A DNA stretch of 35,859 nt from Lachnospiraceae bacterium (GTDB taxonomy: Bacteria > Bacillota > Clostridia > Lachnospirales > Lachnospiraceae): the NCBI GenBank assembly GCA_003542935.1, contig DPJQ01000217.1, positions 1 to 35,859 of the forward strand, written 5' to 3'. The notes beneath the pieces are model-generated. The model ran no database searches. It saw nothing but the letters and a program-made list of their open reading frames with translations, and was not told the origin of the DNA. Both the position numbers and the translations under genes were made by a program. This document shows, in pieces, positions 9,389 through 17,707 of the stretch; position 1 is the first letter of the stretch; each line of letters opens with the position of its first letter.

Positions 9389-10186
9389 ATGTTTAAGACG
9401 AGACTGATAAGCGGGATCGTGCTGGTGGCGGTAGCCCTGCTCACGGTCTGCACAGGGCATCTGGTGCTTTTTATGACGCTGCTGGGGGTGTCCGTGATCG
9501 GTATGCAGGAGCTGTATAAGGCGATGAAAGTGAGGGAGGAGCGCTTTAACGGCCTGGAGCTGGCCGGCTACGCCGGAGTGACCGGATACTATCTGGTGAT
9601 CGGTACGGCGGGGCAGTATGCCTTGATGGAACTGATCGCCGTACTGGTGCTGCTGATGTGCGTGTATGTATTTTCCTATCCCAGATACAGGGTAGAGCAG
9701 GTCATGGCAGCCATGTTCGGCGTGATTTATGTTGGTGTGATGCTGTCCTTTATCTATCAGACCAGGAGCCTGTACGGTGGAGAATACCATGTGTGGCTGA
9801 TTTTTCTGTCTTCCTGGGGGTGCGATACCTGTGCGTACTGCGTGGGTATGCTGATCGGTAAACATAAAATGGCGCCTGTTCTAAGCCCCAAAAAATCCGT
9901 TGAGGGAGCCGTGGGCGGCGTGGCGGGAGCGGCGGTTTTGGGCGCTGTTTATGCCGCGGCCACGGGCAGTATTCCCATGGTCTATGCACTGATTTGCGGT
10001 GTGGGGGCACTGATCTCCATGGTAGGGGATCTGGCTGCCTCGGCGATCAAGAGAAACCAGGGGATCAAGGATTACGGGACGCTGATCCCCGGACACGGGG
10101 GGATACTGGATCGTTTCGACAGTGTGATCTTTACGGCCCCGGCGATTTATTTCCTGTGTGCACTGCTGATTGCCCAGAAATTTTAA
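9389..10186 (+). CDS. cdsA: Phosphatidate cytidylyltransferase
   Basis: Polytopic membrane protein with the C-terminal signature SAIKRNQGIKDYGTLIPGHGGILDRFDS. Synteny uppS-cdsA-dxr. Confidence 0.9.
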   Translation: MFKTRLISGIVLVAVALLTVCTGHLVLFMTLLGVSVIGMQELYKAMKVREERFNGLELAGYAGVTGYYLVIGTAGQYALMELIAVLVLLMCVYVFSYPRYRVEQVMAAMFGVIYVGVMLSFIYQTRSLYGGEYHVWLIFLSSWGCDTCAYCVGMLIGKHKMAPVLSPKKSVEGAVGGVAGAAVLGAVYAAATGSIPMVYALICGVGALISMVGDLAASAIKRNQGIKDYGTLIPGHGGILDRFDSVIFTAPAIYFLCALLIAQKF

Positions 10187-10288
10187 CGTCTATGTGCAGG
10201 GCTGCTTTTGGGGATGGGATCCTTGTGATATTTTTAAGAAAATGGACACAGGGCGGTCACAGATGGAAAGTAAGGTATGAGGAGTGTT

Positions 10289-11440
10289 ATGAAAAAAATT
10301 GCTGTATTGGGTTCTACGGGCTCCATCGGAACGCAGACCCTGGAGGTGGTCAGGGAAAACGGAGATATCCAGGTGACGGGACTGGCAGCCGGAAAAAATA
10401 TTGAGTTGCTGGAAAGACAGATCAGGGAGTTTTCCCCGTCCCTGGCGGTGGTATGGGAGGAAGAAAGGGCGAAAGAGCTGGCCGTCCGGGTGGCGGATCT
10501 GCCGGTGCGGGTTCTGTCCGGTATGGAGGGGCTTGTAGAATTGGCGGTGATGCCGGAGGCAGAGCTTTTAGTGACGGCTATCGTGGGTATGATCGGCATA
10601 CGTCCTACCATTTCGGCGATAGAGGCCGGCAAGGACATTGCTCTGGCCAATAAGGAGACACTGGTGACGGCGGGGCATCTGATCATGCCGTTAGCAGAGA
10701 AATGCGGCGTGCGGATCCTTCCGGTGGACAGTGAGCACAGCGCTATTTTCCAGGCTCTTACCGGAGAAGCGGGAAACAGGGTCAGCAAATTGCTCATCAC
10801 CGCGTCCGGCGGGCCTTTCCGGGGCAGGGATCGGGCATTCCTGGAGCATGTGCAGGTGGAGGATGCTTTGAAACATCCGAACTGGGCTATGGGACAGAAG
10901 ATCACCATCGATTCCGCCACCCTGGTTAATAAAGGGCTGGAGGTGATGGAAGCCAAATGGCTGTTCGGCGTAGATCTGGACAGAATACAGGTGGTGGTAC
11001 AGCCCAAAAGTATCATCCATTCCATGGTGGAGTTTGCGGACGGGGCGGTGATGGCGCAGATGGGTACGCCGGACATGAAGCTGCCGATCCAATATGCACT
11101 GTATTATCCCGAGAGACGTCACCTGCCCGGAGAAAGGCTGGATTTTTGGAGGCTGGGGCAGATCACTTTTGAAAAGCCGGATATGGAGACTTTCCGGGGG
11201 CTTCCTCTGGCTATGGAGGCGGCCCGCGCCGGCGGTTCCATGCCCACGGTGTTCAATGCGGCCAATGAGATGGCGGTGGCGGCTTTTCTGAAGCGAAAGA
11301 TAAATTTTCTTGACATATATGAGATGATTGCGGATGCCATGGCATCCCACCGGAAAGTGGCCGATCCGGATCTGGAGCAGATCCTGGCGGCAGAACAGGA
11401 GACCTACGAGCATATCAGAAGGAGGCATGCGGCAGATTGA
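10289..11440 (+). CDS. dxr: 1-deoxy-D-xylulose 5-phosphate reductoisomerase
   Basis: MKKIAVLGSTGSIGTQTL...LANKETLV...DSEHSAIFQ...NKGLEVMEA. GAGGAG RBS before the ATG at 10289; the ORF-track start at 10277 is less likely. Confidence 0.95.
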   Translation: MKKIAVLGSTGSIGTQTLEVVRENGDIQVTGLAAGKNIELLERQIREFSPSLAVVWEEERAKELAVRVADLPVRVLSGMEGLVELAVMPEAELLVTAIVGMIGIRPTISAIEAGKDIALANKETLVTAGHLIMPLAEKCGVRILPVDSEHSAIFQALTGEAGNRVSKLLITASGGPFRGRDRAFLEHVQVEDALKHPNWAMGQKITIDSATLVNKGLEVMEAKWLFGVDLDRIQVVVQPKSIIHSMVEFADGAVMAQMGTPDMKLPIQYALYYPERRHLPGERLDFWRLGQITFEKPDMETFRGLPLAMEAARAGGSMPTVFNAANEMAVAAFLKRKINFLDIYEMIADAMASHRKVADPDLEQILAAEQETYEHIRRRHAAD

Positions 11441-12723
11441 GTATTCTATTAGCATTGCTGATATTCAGCGTTTTAGTATTGTTCCACGAGTTTGGGCATT
11501 TTCTTTTTGCAAAGCTGAACCATATCACGGTACTGGAGTTTTCCCTGGGGATGGGGCCGAAGCTGTTTAGCTTTGAGAAGGGGGGCACGCTGTATTGTTT
11601 AAAGATTCTTCCTTTCGGCGGCTCCTGCATGATGCAGGGCGAAGACGGCGAGGACGAATCGGAGGGCTCTTTTAACGCAGCGCCGGTCTGGGGCCGGATC
11701 TCTGTGGTGGCGGCCGGACCGGTCTTTAACTTTATTCTGGCCTTTCTTTTTGCCATGATGGTGGTGGGGATCTCCGGTTTTGACCGGCCCACGGTTACGG
11801 GGGTGGAAGAGGGATCTGCTGTGGAGGCTGCCGGATTGCGGGCCGGTGATCAAATCACTAAATTTGACGGTTACGGTGTGTCGCTGGGCCGGGATCTCTA
11901 TATGTATATGAATCTGGTGGGCGTGTCGGATGGTCAGGTGCAGGTGGAGTATCTCCGCGACGGTGTGAAACAATCCCTGTCCTATGTGCCGGACAGTGAA
12001 GAACGCTATATGTTGGGCTTCAATTATTATGCGGATGACCAGGAGCCTCTGATCGCGTCGGTGAGCCTGGGCGGAGCCATGGCCGAGGCGGGAGTAAAGT
12101 CCGGGGACGTCATTCTGGAGCTGGACGGTACGGTGATAAATACCGGTGCAGAACTGGAAAAATATATGGCGGATCACCCTATGGACGGCAGTGTGATCCA
12201 TATGGTCTATAAGCAGGGGAATAAAATAAAGGAAGCGGACGTGACCCCTTCGGTGCAGAAGGCTGTCAATATCGGATTCAGCTATAATATGGCCTATGAG
12301 AAGGTGGGGGCTCTGGGTATATTCCGACATGGTTTTGAGGAAGTCAAATACTGGGTCAAGACAACGGTTTTAAGTTTACGGATGCTGGTGACAGGAAAGG
12401 TGGGCATCAATGACATGTCCGGTCCGGTGGGTATTGTAAGCACCATCGGCGATACCTATGAGCAGAGTAAGTCCTATGGGGCGGCCGTGACGCTGGCCAG
12501 TATGCTGGAACTGGTGATCCTGTTGTCCGCCAATCTGGGTGTCATGAACCTGCTGCCCATTCCCGCTCTCGACGGGGGCCGTCTGATCTTTTTGTTGGTG
12601 GAGGCCATACGCCGCAAGCCGGTGAACCGGGAGCTGGAGGGGAAGATCCATTTTGCAGGATTTGCGCTTCTGATGCTTTTGATCGTGTATGTGAGTGTAC
12701 ATGATATTGTGAAATTGTTTTGA
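11437..12723 (+). CDS. rseP: RIP metalloprotease RseP/RasP (site-2 protease, M50 family)
   Basis: HEFGHFLFAK (HExxH) in the first TM helix, PDZ-like middle region, C-terminal NLLPIPALDGG. The TTG start overlaps the dxr stop (ATTGA) and has GAAGGAGG upstream. Confidence 0.9.
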   Translation: MSILLALLIFSVLVLFHEFGHFLFAKLNHITVLEFSLGMGPKLFSFEKGGTLYCLKILPFGGSCMMQGEDGEDESEGSFNAAPVWGRISVVAAGPVFNFILAFLFAMMVVGISGFDRPTVTGVEEGSAVEAAGLRAGDQITKFDGYGVSLGRDLYMYMNLVGVSDGQVQVEYLRDGVKQSLSYVPDSEERYMLGFNYYADDQEPLIASVSLGGAMAEAGVKSGDVILELDGTVINTGAELEKYMADHPMDGSVIHMVYKQGNKIKEADVTPSVQKAVNIGFSYNMAYEKVGALGIFRHGFEEVKYWVKTTVLSLRMLVTGKVGINDMSGPVGIVSTIGDTYEQSKSYGAAVTLASMLELVILLSANLGVMNLLPIPALDGGRLIFLLVEAIRRKPVNRELEGKIHFAGFALLMLLIVYVSVHDIVKLF

Positions 12724-12831
12724 GGTCATAGGTAAGGAAAGAACGTGTCTGGAAATTGTGGGAATGGATTTTCAGGCACGTTTCGGTTTATTTCTGTGGG
12801 ATATGTTATAGAAAAACGGAAGGAGCATTTT

Positions 12832-13614
12832 ATGGACGAGCAGCAGATTTTCAGAGAACGTCTGGCATCCATCGGCGCTTTTGCGGAGGAAAAGCAAGGA
12901 GTGCTGACGGAACAGGAGATCCGCAATTATTTTGGGGGCATCACGCTGGCCGATGAGCAGTGGGATATGGTGTACCGTTATCTGGAGACTTTAAAAATTC
13001 GTATTGCGGGACGAAAAGAAACATCGGATTTTATACTGATGCCGGAGACGTCCTCCGCCGGGGACGAGGCCGCATCCGGGGAGGACGGGGACGGGGCAGA
13101 CGATGTGCTGGAACTGTATCTGGAGGATATGAGGCAGGTGGCCCCGGCGGTCCCCGGTGAGGAGGAAGCTCTGGTGGAGGCAGCCGCGGCGGGAAAGGAT
13201 ACCGCGGTCAAACGGCTGGCGGAGCTGTATCTGTACCATGTGATTGCCATTGCCAGGGAATACGCCGGGAAGGGCAGCCTGCCTGTGGGGGATCTGATCC
13301 AGGAAGGAAATGTGGGCCTGCTCACCGGTATTTCCATGCTGGCAGACCGGTCGGCGGACACTTCCCCCGCGGATTACCTGATCGGCTCTATCAGAGAGGC
13401 CATGGAGCTGTATATCCTGGAACTGGGGGATCAGAGTAATATCGGAAAACGGGTGGAGGAAAAAGTGAATCATCTCCATCAGGCTATACAGGAGCTGGAA
13501 TGTGATCTGGAGCGTAAGGTCACAAAGGAGGAAGTTTCAGCTTTTCTGAACATGCCTCTTTCCGAGATCGAGGATCTTTTGCGCATGGCCGGGGATGGAT
13601 TGGAGCTGGAATAA
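12832..13614 (+). CDS. Sigma-70 (RpoD-like) paralog truncated after region 3.1; no region 3.2 or region 4
   Basis: 260 aa from the ATG at 12832 (GGAAGGAG RBS). It aligns by eye to RpoD regions 1.1-like, acidic linker, 1.2 (DVLELYLEDMRQV), 2.1-2.2 (LYHVIAIAREYAGKG...DLIQEGNVGLL) and 3.0-3.1 (...KVNHLHQAIQELECDLERKVTKEEVSAFLNMPLSEIEDLLRMA). The ORF stops where region 3.2 would begin. Confidence 0.6.
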   Translation: MDEQQIFRERLASIGAFAEEKQGVLTEQEIRNYFGGITLADEQWDMVYRYLETLKIRIAGRKETSDFILMPETSSAGDEAASGEDGDGADDVLELYLEDMRQVAPAVPGEEEALVEAAAAGKDTAVKRLAELYLYHVIAIAREYAGKGSLPVGDLIQEGNVGLLTGISMLADRSADTSPADYLIGSIREAMELYILELGDQSNIGKRVEEKVNHLHQAIQELECDLERKVTKEEVSAFLNMPLSEIEDLLRMAGDGLELE

Positions 13615-13621
13615 ACTATGT

Positions 13622-13652
13622 TAGCGGAGCTGGCCTTTCAGGTCAGCTCCGC
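13622..13652. terminator. Hairpin between the convergent sigma-like gene and the sleC 3' fragment (possible bidirectional terminator)
   Basis: AGCGGAGCTG / CAGCTCCGCT 10-bp perfect stem with an 11-nt loop. It overlaps the last sleC codons. There is no strong T-tract. Confidence 0.35.
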
Positions 13653-14225
13653 TATTCTTGTCACGCCCACATAGATATCCTGGATCCGGTACCAGGTGGG
13701 ATAGTCCACGATACCGGTCTGCGGCAGCCCGAAGACTCGCTGGAAGGTGCGCACAGCATTCTGCGTACCCTCTCCGTAGATACCGTCCACAGATACGGCG
13801 GGAATGGCAGGATAGCCTCTGCGGATGGCGTTGAGCTGTTCCTGCAACTGGCGCACTTTTGCACCTGTGGCGCCAATATTCAGGTCATAGCCCGGCCAGG
13901 AGGAGGGGATGCCGGAGATCTCTTCGGCGGTGTTGATGTACATGTTTTCGCCGTAGTAGTAGCGCAGGATTTGGATGGCGGAGTAGTTTCGGTCGCCGAG
14001 GTATTTGGAACCCCACTGGCTCATCCAGTTCGGGCAGGTCACTCGCTCTCCGTCACAATATTGTGTGAGAATGGGCTGCTTTATGTTTGGCCGGGACAGA
14101 TAGTTGCCGAACAACTCATCGACGATCTGACTCACATTCGTAAATAGATTCCGGCCGTTGATCCATTTGTGGTCGTAGGCAGTGGATGAGGTGATTGTAA
14201 AATCATAGCCCTTGTTTCGATACCA
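13638..14225 (-). pseudogene. sleC: SleC-type spore cortex-lytic enzyme, C-terminal half of a split gene (ORF-track ORF 13638..14306)
   Basis: From W at 14225..14223 the translation reads W-YRNKGYDFTITSSTAYDHKW...TQYCDGERVTCPNWMSQWGS...ILRYYYGENMYI..., then a PG_binding_1 repeat (VRQLQEQLNAIRRGYPAIPAVSVDGIYGEGTQNAVRTFQRVFGLPQTGIVDYPTWYRI). The 27 codons upstream of W belong to the inserted element. Confidence 0.75.
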
Positions 14226-15927
14226 TTTTGTAAGCAGGATTTCGGAAGGGCAGACGATCCAGGCAGATCCGTGAATGAATGTGGATATTTTCATTGCATA
14301 TATCAATTCGCGAAATCAGCCGGTTAACGACAGCACATTTTTCCGCAACAGAGCTGTCCATAAAGGCTTTCGGCCATGGTGGCAGATCGGTAATATGTCC
14401 CGTTGGGCTTTTCTCTGCAGGAAGATTTCCGGTCGAATCCGGATAAGTATTGCAGTCCATTGTTTCGTGTGCAAATTCTTTCATGATATTGTTCAAGTGC
14501 TCTCTTTTTTCCTTGGCTTTGTGGATGAGTTCTGACAGATGTTCAGAGGAAAAAGAAATTTCTCCCCGCAGCGCTTTGGGAATCGATTCTTCCAGTATCT
14601 CAATATCCCTCTGTAAAGATTTTATCCGGGTTGCCAGCGCTTTTTTCTTTTCAGAAATGATTTTCTTCCGACTGCAGTTTTCTTCTGCCAGTTTGTCAGA
14701 CAGAAATGTATTATCCTGGATGGCGGTCAGACAGTCTGTGACAAAGGCGAATATTCCGGTTTCCAGATCGTCGGCACGATAAAGAGCTTTTCCCTGGCAG
14801 AGTCCTCCCTGGTGTTTTGTCGGACAGCGGTAGCAGCCCACCCGGCTGCGATGCTTTATTCCGTCTTTTGTAGTCCAGTAATTATATTTGCTGCCGTTGA
14901 TCATTTTTCGTCCGCAGCTGCCGCAGTACAAAATATCCAACAGGGGAAGAGCCCGACCGGTGCCGGTGGAAACCGCGGACGCGTTCTTTTTCTGCGGAGT
15001 GACGGCATTTCTGCGCATTTCACGGAGTTCCTGCACTCTGTTCCAGAGAGCGGGGTCGATGATCCGGATATTCGGGTCACATTTTTCCGAGAGAATCCAT
15101 TTCGTGTGATCCAACGTGATAAAATGTCCATCGACCCGTGTGCGCCTGTTATATGCCAGATAGCCGGTGTAGATGGGATTGCGCAGAATATCCCGGACAG
15201 TTCCGGATTTCCAGGCGATGCCGTTGGGAGACAGAAGCCTCAGCCGTTCATCTTCGTTCAGCAGAGATGTGATTTTGGAGTAGCCATATCCGCAGGAGCC
15301 GGCGAGATTGTACATATAACGGACAATTTCGGCCCGTTCCGGGTCGATGACTTTCTTTTTCAGTGCCCTCTGATGTTTGCTGAACTCGCCGGAAAAAACC
15401 AGATGGTAGCCGTAAGGAGCTTTTCCGCCCTGATTTTTCCCAAGGCGTACATTTTCCCTGGCGGTATCTTTGACCCGCTGAGAAGTGTCCCGGCTGGCGC
15501 CTTCCGCATGCCAGTAGCGTATGAAATTGATCAGGGAATCCGTGTGGTTCTGCGGTGTGATGCAGCCGTCCTTTACGGTAAAAATCAGGACACCGAAGGA
15601 CGCCAGTTTTTTGATATACTGGGGAATCTCATCTTCCCGCCGTCCCAGCCGGTCATCCTTGTAGCAGACCAGAATTTGAAATTCTCTGTTTTCTGCGTCA
15701 GCCAGGATATCCTGAAGTGCCTGACGATTCTTTACGGAATTTTTGTAACCGGAAACACCGCCTTCATAATATTCCGGTTTGACGGTGTCCAGCATCCATT
15801 CTCTGTGTTTTGCTATGTACGCCGTCACAATGTTTCGCTGGACGGCCAGATCGCCGTCGGCATCCAGCTGCTGGCCGGAAGAGACCCGGAGCAGCATTCT
15901 CACGAGAAGGGGAGCATTTATCTCCAA
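14203..15927 (-). CDS. Large serine recombinase (resolvase N-domain + recombinase domain + zinc ribbon + coiled coil)
   Basis: 574 aa. N-terminus LLRVSSGQQ...DILADAENREFQILVCYKDDRLGRRE is a resolvase catalytic domain with the RVSS serine. APYGY...recombinase domain, Cys cluster CGSCGRKM...CYRCPTKHQGGLC, then a coiled-coil region. TTG start at 15927 with GAGGAGGG 6 nt upstream. The last 7 codons and stop lie beyond the element boundary. Confidence 0.9.
   Translation of the reverse strand: MEINAPLLVRMLLRVSSGQQLDADGDLAVQRNIVTAYIAKHREWMLDTVKPEYYEGGVSGYKNSVKNRQALQDILADAENREFQILVCYKDDRLGRREDEIPQYIKKLASFGVLIFTVKDGCITPQNHTDSLINFIRYWHAEGASRDTSQRVKDTARENVRLGKNQGGKAPYGYHLVFSGEFSKHQRALKKKVIDPERAEIVRYMYNLAGSCGYGYSKITSLLNEDERLRLLSPNGIAWKSGTVRDILRNPIYTGYLAYNRRTRVDGHFITLDHTKWILSEKCDPNIRIIDPALWNRVQELREMRRNAVTPQKKNASAVSTGTGRALPLLDILYCGSCGRKMINGSKYNYWTTKDGIKHRSRVGCYRCPTKHQGGLCQGKALYRADDLETGIFAFVTDCLTAIQDNTFLSDKLAEENCSRKKIISEKKKALATRIKSLQRDIEILEESIPKALRGEISFSSEHLSELIHKAKEKREHLNNIMKEFAHETMDCNTYPDSTGNLPAEKSPTGHITDLPPWPKAFMDSSVAEKCAVVNRLISRIDICNENIHIHSRICLDRLPFRNPAYKMVSKQGL
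14222..14225. repeat. Left copy of the 4-bp junction core (ACCA on plus strand, TGGT on coding strand)
   Basis: This is the only sequence shared by the two sleC/element junctions. The second copy is at 21002-21005. Confidence 0.6.
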
Positions 15928-16076
15928 TGGATACCCTCCTCTGTCTTTCTTAATTGGCCTAAAATCAAAAATGTCATCAGCTCTTTCAGGTCATCCACTG
16001 TTCCGGTATCGTCATCCCCGGAGTCGGAGAGGGTGATTTTCCACGCGTCTTCTGTATAGAAGGCAGTTTTGCCCAT
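15918..16076 (-). CDS. Small acidic ORF (52 aa) translationally coupled to the recombinase; candidate directionality factor
   Basis: Below the ORF-track size cutoff, so translated by hand: MGKTAFYTEDAWKITLSDSGDDDTGTVDDLKELMTFLILGQLRKTEEGIHWR. GGAGG sits 6 nt upstream of the ATG at 16076. Its TAA (15920..15918) overlaps the recombinase TTG start by 10 nt. Confidence 0.35.
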   Translation of the reverse strand: MGKTAFYTEDAWKITLSDSGDDDTGTVDDLKELMTFLILGQLRKTEEGIHWR

Positions 16077-16182
16077 GGTATTCCTCCATACGTCATCTCT
16101 CTTCAGTTTTATGCCGTTCGTTCTTGTCCCTATGCATGATATTTTTGTGTGATTTCAGGCAGAGATCGGATTGCGGCGGAGC

Positions 16183-17520
16183 TTATCGCGTCAGTTTTTT
16201 TGCCCAATGACCGAAATTGCATTTTAGAAATGCCGGCACACACTTAAAAATCTGGTCTGCATTGAGACAGCACACGACTACGACGGGGGATGCTTTCACC
16301 CAAAAGGCCATTATAAAAGATATGGGAATGACGATTCCCCAGATACTGATCAAATCCATCTTCATCACATATTTTGTGTCACCGCCTCCTCGGACAATGC
16401 CGATGTTGGTGGGCATCTGGTAGGACATGCCCACACAGATCACGGACAGAATGACAAGAAAAGTGTTTGCCATAGACATGGTTTCCGGTTCCAGTCTGTA
16501 GAGGGAGAGAACGGGTATCCGCAGGAAATACAGGCCGATTCCGGAAAGAACCCCAATCCCCACAAAGAGGGTCTGCAGCGTGCGTGCCAGGACCGTCAGC
16601 CCTTTTTCATTGCCTTCACCAATGGTTTTGCCGACAAAGAAAGACGCAGCGGAAGCGGAGCCCATACCGGTGGATTTTACCATTAGAAATAAAGTGGATG
16701 CCACACTGTTTGCCGCGATGGCACGGTCGGTCATATGGCCGAGAATGGCATTTTGTGTGGCACTGTTCAGTCCCCACAGGCTGCTGGCCAAAAGCAGGGG
16801 CAGCATAATACGGAAATAATCCCTGCGAAGCACCGTATCCGTACGGAAATAATCCCGCAGATGTATATCTTTCTTCCGTATGTATATATAGAAAATCAGA
16901 ACCAGGAGTTCGGCGATGCGGGCCGTAAGCGTTCCGATGGCAGCGCCCGTCACTCCCAGGCGCGGGGCACCGAAATGTCCGTATATCAGTGTATAATTGA
17001 TACCGCAGTTGATCAGCAGTGTGCATACGGATAATATAAGGGCAATGTGCACGATCCCCATGCTCCGTAATACGGCCAGCAGAAGCTGTGTGATGGCAAA
17101 AAACAGATAGGTATATCGGATGATCCGAACGTATTCCGCCCCCTGGTCTATGATAGCCGGATCCGCCACGAACAGCCCCAGGAGCTGTCGCGGAAACAAA
17201 CTTACAGCGAAAAAAAGCAGTGCAGCCGTTACCAGGGCCGTATGCATACCGATGGAAGAGAGTATCCGGATGGGCTCCATCTGTTTTTTACCGTAATACT
17301 GTGTGGCCAGGACAACGGCGCCTTCGCCAATGGCCGTAATGAGCTGTTGGTACACAAATTGTATCTGATTAGCTGCCGCTACACCGGACAGAGATACTTC
17401 GCTGTAAGCTCCCAGCATAATATTATCCGCCAGATTGACACTGAGCGTAATGATATTTTGCAGCACCAAAATTATCCACATTGAAAAAAATGATTTATAG
17501 AATGTCTTGTTTTTTATCAT
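16183..17520 (-). CDS. MATE family efflux transporter
   Basis: 445 aa, 12-TM-like hydrophobic profile. N-terminus ...FFSMWIILVLQNIITLSVNLADNIMLGAYSEVSLSGVAAANQI... is typical of MatE repeats. Confidence 0.85.
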   Translation of the reverse strand: MIKNKTFYKSFFSMWIILVLQNIITLSVNLADNIMLGAYSEVSLSGVAAANQIQFVYQQLITAIGEGAVVLATQYYGKKQMEPIRILSSIGMHTALVTAALLFFAVSLFPRQLLGLFVADPAIIDQGAEYVRIIRYTYLFFAITQLLLAVLRSMGIVHIALILSVCTLLINCGINYTLIYGHFGAPRLGVTGAAIGTLTARIAELLVLIFYIYIRKKDIHLRDYFRTDTVLRRDYFRIMLPLLLASSLWGLNSATQNAILGHMTDRAIAANSVASTLFLMVKSTGMGSASAASFFVGKTIGEGNEKGLTVLARTLQTLFVGIGVLSGIGLYFLRIPVLSLYRLEPETMSMANTFLVILSVICVGMSYQMPTNIGIVRGGGDTKYVMKMDLISIWGIVIPISFIMAFWVKASPVVVVCCLNADQIFKCVPAFLKCNFGHWAKKLTR

Positions 17521-17707
17521 GGTGTTTTTCCTCTGTAATATTCAGATATGTAGAGTATACATCCAACAAATGAAGACAACAAGAATGTTTGCATACAAAA
17601 ATCGGATTTAACCATTGAAAAAAACGCAAAAGTGACAAAACTTGAAATTTTTATGCATAATTCCGGATGCCGTAGCAGCTAACAGAAGCGATTGGCGGAA
17701 AGCCGGT

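Noticed and set aside
16077-16182. I looked for sigma-E/sigma-K-type promoter motifs upstream of the small ORF and recombinase, as with spoIVCA in B. subtilis.
   Set aside because: Only partial matches were found (CATAAAAC with no properly spaced -35 element), so no promoter is claimed.
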